Assembly: GCA_003154195.1 (NCBI GenBank)
Contig: PMCS01000030.1
Span: forward strand, 123,446 to 187,445
DNA: 64,000 nt
Direction: 5' to 3'
Origin: Candidatus Omnitrophota bacterium
GTDB taxonomy: Bacteria; Omnitrophota; Gorgyraeia; Duberdicusellales; 4484-171
The stretch's first letter is position 1, and the number at the start of each line of letters is the position of its first letter. The position numbers and the translations under genes are program-made. Below the pieces are notes generated by a model. The model did no database searches. It was given only the letters and a program-made list of their open reading frames with translations, and had not been told where the DNA came from. This document shows positions 57,611 through 64,000 of the stretch, in pieces.

Positions 57611-58618
57611 ATGTTAACTCGTGATTTGGTGATTATCGGTGGTGGCCCGGCAGGAATGGCGGCGGCAATTTCCGCGCAGGAAGCCGGCGTAAAAAATATC
57701 CTGTTGCTGGAGCGTGACCAATTCCTGGGGGGGATATTGAACCAGTGTATCCATACCGGTTTCGGGCTGGATTATTTTAAGGAAATCTTGACCGGGCCGG
57801 AATATGCCGGCCGTTTCATCGAACGCGTGGAAAAAAATAAGGAGATAGAAGTAAGTTTAAAATCTTTTGCGGTCAGCTTGACAAGAGACAAGGAAATTAC
57901 TTATTTAAAACCCGGAAAATTGGAGCAGCTGAAAGCTAAAGCGATTATCATGGCTACGGGTTGCCGTGAGAAAACCCGCGAGATGATTCATATCCCGGGA
58001 ACCCGGCCGGCGGGGATTTTCAGCGCGGGATTGGCGCAAAAACTTATCAATATCGAAGGGTTATTGCCCGGCAAAGAAGCGGTGATCGTGGGCAGCGGCG
58101 ATATCGGTTTAATCATGGCGCGCCGTTTTATTTTAGAGGGAGCAAAAGTAAACGCGGTCGTGGAAATACAGGACAAAAGCCGGGGGCTATTGCGCAATAT
58201 CGTACAGTGCCTGGAAGATTTCGATATACCTATATATTATAACCATAAAATCTCTCAAGTCTACGGTAAGGACAGGGTCGAGGCGGTTGATGTAGTTAAG
58301 GTTGACGCCGGCAATAATGAAATAGCCGGTTCAAAGTCAAAGTTGGCATGTGACACTCTGCTTGTTTCGGTAGGATTGATTCCCGAAAACGAATTAATCG
58401 AAATGGCCGGGGTTGCTCTCGATAAAAAAACCAATTCGCCGATAGCGGACGGCGTAAACAAAACGTCGCTCCCGGGCATTTTCGCCTGCGGGAATTGTTT
58501 TAAAGTTTACGATCTGGTAGATAACGTCACTAAAGATGCGGAGCTGGCGGGACGAATGGCGGCGGAATATCTTAATCAGGAAAATACCGCTTCCGACATT
58601 TTACCGATATGGGAATAA
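57611..58618 (+). CDS. NAD(P)/FAD-dependent oxidoreductase (partner of GlpA-like enzyme)
   Basis: GGGPAG, GGILNQCIH.GFG, GSGDIGLIMARR. Confidence 0.85.
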   Translation: MLTRDLVIIGGGPAGMAAAISAQEAGVKNILLLERDQFLGGILNQCIHTGFGLDYFKEILTGPEYAGRFIERVEKNKEIEVSLKSFAVSLTRDKEITYLKPGKLEQLKAKAIIMATGCREKTREMIHIPGTRPAGIFSAGLAQKLINIEGLLPGKEAVIVGSGDIGLIMARRFILEGAKVNAVVEIQDKSRGLLRNIVQCLEDFDIPIYYNHKISQVYGKDRVEAVDVVKVDAGNNEIAGSKSKLACDTLLVSVGLIPENELIEMAGVALDKKTNSPIADGVNKTSLPGIFACGNCFKVYDLVDNVTKDAELAGRMAAEYLNQENTASDILPIWE

Positions 58619-58638
58619 ATTTTAAAAAGATAATTTTT

Positions 58639-59004
58639 ATGAATAATATAACTAAAAAATTGACCTGTATCGAATGTCCTAAGGGCTGCGCTTTGACGAT
58701 CGATATCCAGAAAGGCAAGGTTGTCGGGGTTTCCGGCAATACCTGTCCCAAGGGTGATGATTATGCCCGGGTTGAGGTGGAAAACCCGATGCGTATTCTT
58801 ACGGCAACCGTGTTGGCGCAAGGGTTAGCGCTTAAGGTGATACCGGTTAAAACCAGCGGCCCGATCGCGAAAGCCAAGATAAAAGACGCGTTGAGCCGGA
58901 TTAAAAAACTTAAGATAACCATGCCGGTTAAAACCGGTGATTGTCTCGTGGAAAATTTTTTGGGGGCGGGGGTAAACTTGGTGGTAACGCGCCATTGTGC
59001 TTAA
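58639..59004 (+). CDS. DUF1667 CxxC protein
   Basis: CIECPKGC, GNTCPKG, conserved third gene of this glycerol cluster. Confidence 0.85.
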   Translation: MNNITKKLTCIECPKGCALTIDIQKGKVVGVSGNTCPKGDDYARVEVENPMRILTATVLAQGLALKVIPVKTSGPIAKAKIKDALSRIKKLKITMPVKTGDCLVENFLGAGVNLVVTRHCA

Positions 59005-59075
59005 ATCCGGTTTTTGTTTGAATTTTCTGTTGGCTTTCCGGAGAAACAGAGCTATAATTATTTAGATAGGAGAGG

Positions 59076-62000
59076 ATGATGAATAAAAAAATAATAACCG
59101 GCCGGATGTTATTTTGCGCATTAGCGCTGTGCCTGGTTGCTGTTTTTCAGGTTTTCGCGGAAAATATTATCTTGAAATCCGGGCGCGTAATCAACAAGCC
59201 CGTTATCGAGAAAGGTTACGATTTTATAAAAATCGATTTTGACGAAACGGTTTTAAAATTCTATTATTACGAGATTGCCAGCATTGATGGTAAGAGCGTT
59301 GAGATATTTACCGCGCCCGCCGAACAAACCGCCCAAGAAATTCCTGCCGCGGCTAACGCCGGAGAAGGAACCGCTAACCCCGAACCCGTAAAGAAAGAAA
59401 CGGCAGATAAAGATAAGCAAACGGTTGAGTCGCCGGCAGAAGGGCAAAGCGCAAAAAGCGCAGGGGAAAGCGTAAAACCGGAAATTTCCGAAAAAGATAA
59501 AGAAGCCGCCGATGCCGGGCAGCAAGCCCCGGCGTTATTTCCTGCGCCGGTGAGCGAAAAAGTTACGGCGCAAATTACAGTTTCTCCTGATTCTCACGGC
59601 GGCAGCCTCGCGGAAGAAATAGAAGTTCTTAAAAGAGAAATCAAGGATAAAGAAGATGAGCTGGCGCGGTTGAAGGCGGATTCGGCGGAAAAAGATAAGC
59701 TCACCGCTTTGTTGAAAGAACAGAATGAAGCGTTCGCGGCAAAAGAAAAAGACATTTTTTCCGGTACCGTTCGTTTCAACGATGAAATAAGCCGTTTATC
59801 CCAGGAGCTCGAGGCGGTTAAGAAATCGTTAAGGGATAAGGAGGACGATTTGGCGCAGGAAAAAAGCCTTTCGTCCGATAAGGATAAGCTTATCGCCGGT
59901 TTAAAAGAGCAGGTCTCCGCTTTTTCTTCCACGGAGCAGGAGCTGAATACTACTCTCAACCGGGCCAATTCCGGCATGATCGGCCTTGCCGAGGAATTGC
60001 AGGGATTTAAGAAAAGCCTTAAGGAAAAAGAAGCGGCGCTTGAGGAAATGAAACAACAGGCAGGGGGAAAGGACAGGGCTCTCGCTCATTTGCAGGAAAA
60101 AGCCAATTCGGCGGCAGATAAAGAAAAAAATTTCGATTCTTCCCTGGACGAAGCCGGCAGGAAAATTGCCGAACTTACAAAAAATAATGAAACCCTGACA
60201 GCCGATTTAAACGCGAAAAGCGCAAACCTTAATGAAGAGGCGGCAAAGATTTCCCGGAAGGATAAGATTATCGAAGACCTCAGCGCCAGGCAGGCCATCC
60301 TTTCGGAAAAAGAAAAAGAAAGTACCGATATTATAAATAAACTTAACGTTCAGCTCTCCGGTTTGTCCCGGGATATCGCTTCGTTTAAAAACGGCCTTGA
60401 GGCGAAAGATAATCATTTGCGCGAAAACGAAGGAAAATTTATCGCTAAGGACGAGCTTATCGCGAACCTCGCGGAAAAAAATAAAACTTTATCCGAGAAG
60501 GAAAAGCAATTGGCTGAGAACCTCGCGCGGGTAAACGCTGACTTAGGAAATATTTCCCGGGAAAGGGAAGCGTTAAGAAAAAGCGCCGGGGAAAAAGAGG
60601 CGGCGTTATCCCGTCTTGATAAAGATTTCTCCGATTTGTCGGCAAGAGAAAAAAATCTTAACGCGCAATCGGCAAAATCAAACGCCGTCGCTGAGAGCCT
60701 GGCAAATAATATCGATTCGTTGAAGAAGGAGCTCGGCGTAAAAGATAATGTTATCAACGAAATAAACGCTAAGTCAAAGGATAAAGACGCCGTCATCGTT
60801 TCCCTGCAGGAAACCAACGCGCAGTTTGCCGAAAAAGAAAAGGGATTGTCTTCTTCTCTGGCCCAGGCGGGGCTTAGCCTTTCCAATTTTTCCCAGGAAG
60901 TCGGCGCCCTTAAAAAAGTGATTCAAGCTAAAGATGACGCCATCCGGCAGGAAAAAGACCAATCCGCCGCAAAAGATAAACTTATCGCTTCGTTGAGCGC
61001 GCAGAATGAAAATATTCTCCGGAAGGAGGCGTTGATTGAGTCGAATTTCGATAAAGCGGGAGAAAGCATTTCTGCGCTTACGAAAGAAATGGAAACTCTT
61101 AAGAAAGACTTAAGCGCCGCGGAATTCCGCTACAAAGATGAAGTGGCACGTTCCCTGGAAAAAGATAATTCGCTCGAAGCCTTGAAAGCGCAGAGCGCCG
61201 CTGTAATCAAAAAGAACGACGAATATGAAACGACCGCCCGGGCGCTTAATTCAAAGCTGGAGAGTTTATCCAGGGAGATGGAAGATGTAAAAAATGAATT
61301 GGCGTTAGAGAAATCCCGTTCGCGGGATAAAGATAAACTGATTGTTGCCTTTAAAGATGAAAATGTGCGCGTTCTTTTAAGCGAGAAGGAATTATCCGCT
61401 AAATTTGACCGGGCCAATTCGCGCGCCGGCATTTTAGAAAAAACTTGCGGTGAAAAAGACGCTCAAGCAATCCAAAAAGATAATTTAATCGCGGGCTTGC
61501 AGAGTCAGAATAATGTTCTGGCGAAAAAGGCGGAGAGTGTGGCGGTAACGCTCGCGCAATCAAATCTAAGCGTTTCTCATTTCGCTAAGGAACTGGAAAA
61601 TTTTAAGAAAGAATTCAGTTTCCAGGGAGAAGCGATAAAAGCCAAAGACAGCCAGATCTCCCAGAAGGATGCAGCCCTCTCGGAGCTCAGCACTAAGCTC
61701 GCGTCTCTGACCCAGGAAAAGAATAACCAGCTTAACGAAAAGGAAGGTATCATCTCGTCTATTCCGGCAAAAGATAAGCTTATCGAATCTTTAAGGGGGC
61801 AGAATGTTGAATTGTCCAGGAAGAGAGAAGAGCTTAACGCCGAAACAGCCAGGCTTAATTCAGAAACTTCGCGTTTTACCAAAGAGATAGGCGCGCTTAA
61901 AGAAACCCTTGCGTCTAAAGACGCCGTTTTATTCCGGTCGGATGCTCAGGCTGCGGAGAAGGATAAGACTATCGCTTCGCTGAAAGAAGAAGCGGCTGCC

Positions 62001-63680
62001 GCTATTCAGAAAGGCGGCGCGATCACCGGGCTTAAGGGCCAGATCTCCCAGAAGGATGCAGCCCTCTCGGAGCTCAGCACTAAGCTCGCGTCTCTGACCC
62101 AGGAAAAGAAAGCCTTAGACGATACAGCGGCTAAATTAAACTCGGAGATCAGCCGTCTGTCCGGGGACAGAGAAGCTTTGCGAAAAGATAACGAGACTAA
62201 AGATAAATTGCTCAAGGAAAAGAATAACCAGCTTAACGAAAAGGAAGGTATCATCTCGTCTATTCCGGCAAAAGATAAGCTTATCGAATCAAAAGATACA
62301 GCTATCGCCGGTTTACAACAGCGTTTTAATGTTCTTGCGGCGGATAAAGACAGCCTTTTAGGAAAACTTAATGAGGCGGCGAAAAAAATCGATAGTTTAG
62401 AACGATCCACTACTTCTTTGCAAAAAGATACCGCCGGGCGCGAGAGTTTAAATAAGAAACTTCAGGCGCAGATTTCCGTCAACGATGAAGCAATCGCCGC
62501 TTTAAGAAAACAGGCCGATGCCGGCGCGGAAAAAGATAAGTTATTGGCCGTCGGGAAAGAAGAAAGGCAGAAATTTTTACAGAAAGAAAATAATTTGAAA
62601 GAGGAATTAGCTAAAGCCGGTTCCGAGATCAATCGCCTGAATGGAGCGTTGAATACCGGCCGGGGTGATCTTTTAACGCAGAGCGGGCAAATCCAGAAAC
62701 TTGAGGAGCAAGCCGAGGGAAAAGATAAGCTTTTGGCCGCCGCGAATCAACGCAATGACGTTTTATCCCGTAAAGAAAAAGATTCTGCCGCGGCGGTTTT
62801 CCGTTACGAAAATCTTGCTAAAGAGCTTGAGTCGGTAAGAAAAGATTTTGCGGGTAAAGAAACGGCTTATAAAGAAAAGCAGGCAAGATCTTTAGAAAAA
62901 GACAGCTTGATCGCGGAACTTAAGGCGCAAAATGCCAATCTTGCGAAAAAGGAAAACGATATTAACCGGAGTTTCACGAGCGCTAACCTGGAGATCAACC
63001 GTTTGTCGGCCGACCTTGCTGCGGCGCGTAACGAGATTAAATCCAAAGAGGGAATATTACAACGGTTGAGCAATCAGTCGCAGGGCCGGCAGGCGGTTGC
63101 CGCGACGATAAAAGGGCAGCAGCTGGCCGGGGGTTCTTCTCCGTCTAAAAATACCGCCGGTAAGGCCGGCGATAAGAACGAGGCGTTATTCTTATATGAA
63201 GAGATAGGAAGGCTTAACCGTAAGCTGGAAACAGACAGCAATATTTTAAAGGCAAAATACGGCCAGTCTCTGAGAAAAGACAAAGTGATTGACGATTTAA
63301 AAAATGAGATTACCAAAATGATTGATGAGTATAATGATGAGAGTGTGGCAAAAGAAAAAAATGTGGCCCAATTAAATAATCGAATAGCAGCTTTATCGAA
63401 AAGCAAACAAGATTTAGCCGGCGAGCTTGACGCGGTTACCGACGAAATCGGCCGTCTTACTGCCGCTTTCGTCGAGGAAAGCAAAACCGAAGATTCATCG
63501 AAGTTTTCCGGAGAAGCGCCAGCCGGCGCCGGCCGGTTGCGGAACATCTCCCGGTTAATTGAAGAAAAAGATAAGCAGATTGGGGAAAAAGAGAAACAAA
63601 TAGAATATTTAAAGAAAGTTATTGCCGACGTGATGGCAAAAATGAAGGTTGCTTCCGGCGGGGATTCGGCCGGCAGGTAA
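59076..63680 (+). CDS. 1534-aa exported coiled-coil protein with 63-aa repeats
   Basis: signal peptide, ENIILKSG domain, Pro/Ala linker, KDxLI motif every 63 aa. Confidence 0.8.
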   Translation: MMNKKIITGRMLFCALALCLVAVFQVFAENIILKSGRVINKPVIEKGYDFIKIDFDETVLKFYYYEIASIDGKSVEIFTAPAEQTAQEIPAAANAGEGTANPEPVKKETADKDKQTVESPAEGQSAKSAGESVKPEISEKDKEAADAGQQAPALFPAPVSEKVTAQITVSPDSHGGSLAEEIEVLKREIKDKEDELARLKADSAEKDKLTALLKEQNEAFAAKEKDIFSGTVRFNDEISRLSQELEAVKKSLRDKEDDLAQEKSLSSDKDKLIAGLKEQVSAFSSTEQELNTTLNRANSGMIGLAEELQGFKKSLKEKEAALEEMKQQAGGKDRALAHLQEKANSAADKEKNFDSSLDEAGRKIAELTKNNETLTADLNAKSANLNEEAAKISRKDKIIEDLSARQAILSEKEKESTDIINKLNVQLSGLSRDIASFKNGLEAKDNHLRENEGKFIAKDELIANLAEKNKTLSEKEKQLAENLARVNADLGNISREREALRKSAGEKEAALSRLDKDFSDLSAREKNLNAQSAKSNAVAESLANNIDSLKKELGVKDNVINEINAKSKDKDAVIVSLQETNAQFAEKEKGLSSSLAQAGLSLSNFSQEVGALKKVIQAKDDAIRQEKDQSAAKDKLIASLSAQNENILRKEALIESNFDKAGESISALTKEMETLKKDLSAAEFRYKDEVARSLEKDNSLEALKAQSAAVIKKNDEYETTARALNSKLESLSREMEDVKNELALEKSRSRDKDKLIVAFKDENVRVLLSEKELSAKFDRANSRAGILEKTCGEKDAQAIQKDNLIAGLQSQNNVLAKKAESVAVTLAQSNLSVSHFAKELENFKKEFSFQGEAIKAKDSQISQKDAALSELSTKLASLTQEKNNQLNEKEGIISSIPAKDKLIESLRGQNVELSRKREELNAETARLNSETSRFTKEIGALKETLASKDAVLFRSDAQAAEKDKTIASLKEEAAAAIQKGGAITGLKGQISQKDAALSELSTKLASLTQEKKALDDTAAKLNSEISRLSGDREALRKDNETKDKLLKEKNNQLNEKEGIISSIPAKDKLIESKDTAIAGLQQRFNVLAADKDSLLGKLNEAAKKIDSLERSTTSLQKDTAGRESLNKKLQAQISVNDEAIAALRKQADAGAEKDKLLAVGKEERQKFLQKENNLKEELAKAGSEINRLNGALNTGRGDLLTQSGQIQKLEEQAEGKDKLLAAANQRNDVLSRKEKDSAAAVFRYENLAKELESVRKDFAGKETAYKEKQARSLEKDSLIAELKAQNANLAKKENDINRSFTSANLEINRLSADLAAARNEIKSKEGILQRLSNQSQGRQAVAATIKGQQLAGGSSPSKNTAGKAGDKNEALFLYEEIGRLNRKLETDSNILKAKYGQSLRKDKVIDDLKNEITKMIDEYNDESVAKEKNVAQLNNRIAALSKSKQDLAGELDAVTDEIGRLTAAFVEESKTEDSSKFSGEAPAGAGRLRNISRLIEEKDKQIGEKEKQIEYLKKVIADVMAKMKVASGGDSAGR

Positions 63681-63969
63681 TTTAACTACCATTTTCGGGG
63701 ATAGTCCAACTACAAGTATTTTTTTGCGTCTTCGGTACAAATATCTAAATTTCACTAACCCCTTCGCTTCGCTCCGGGGTAATTCAACTACCGTTTCAAT
63801 CTGCGTTCTTCAGGCTTGATAATTCAACTAAGCCCGGAGTACCGGGCAAGTTTCATTACGGCGAAGTTTCAAACTCATTACCCTTCGGCTCCCTTCGGTC
63901 GCTCAGGGTAATTCGACTACAGCCTCTCGCTTCGCTCTTCCAGAGCTTGCGCTCGGCTAAGTCTCATTA
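63678..63969. repeat. Modular hairpin array (TAATTCRACTA...AAGTYTCA family), nested
   Basis: Modules shared with 11754-11982 and 17643-17755. Confidence 0.8.
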
Positions 63970-64000
63970 TAATAAATTGCTGCCCACTTCCGCAAGTTGA

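Overview
Bacterial chromosomal segment, mostly + strand. Gene content and style (PVC-like signal-peptide/coiled-coil protein, KS-FTLIE pilins, split gcvPA/PB) suggest Candidatus Omnitrophota; this is an inference, no search was run. Contents: gpsA end, tRNA-Pro, two PilZ genes, hom-thrC-argS, a glycine cleavage/lipoate operon, and a type IV pilus locus (HTH, pilMN/O/P-like, secretin, pilB, pilC, four pilins) interleaved with a glycosylation module (three GT-C-like membrane proteins, GT2, WbpB-WbpD-like fusion, radical SAM, DegT, AsnB-like, acyltransferase). These are followed by housekeeping genes, a tRNA-Ser/tRNA-Leu-bounded islet with a PaaX-like gene, glgC, a stand-alone fusA, a lipase-glpK-glpA-like operon and a 1534-aa coiled-coil protein. 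The most unusual signal is non-coding: several distinct families of small palindromic elements fill the intergenic spaces, nest inside each other and invade one ORF in frame. All three tRNAs are followed by a duplicate of their own 3' end, and two enclose a homologous ~120-130 bp structured element. Periodic-arm hairpins occur both empty and loaded with a four-helix-bundle (IVS/Avd-like) gene. All alignments and folds were done by eye.
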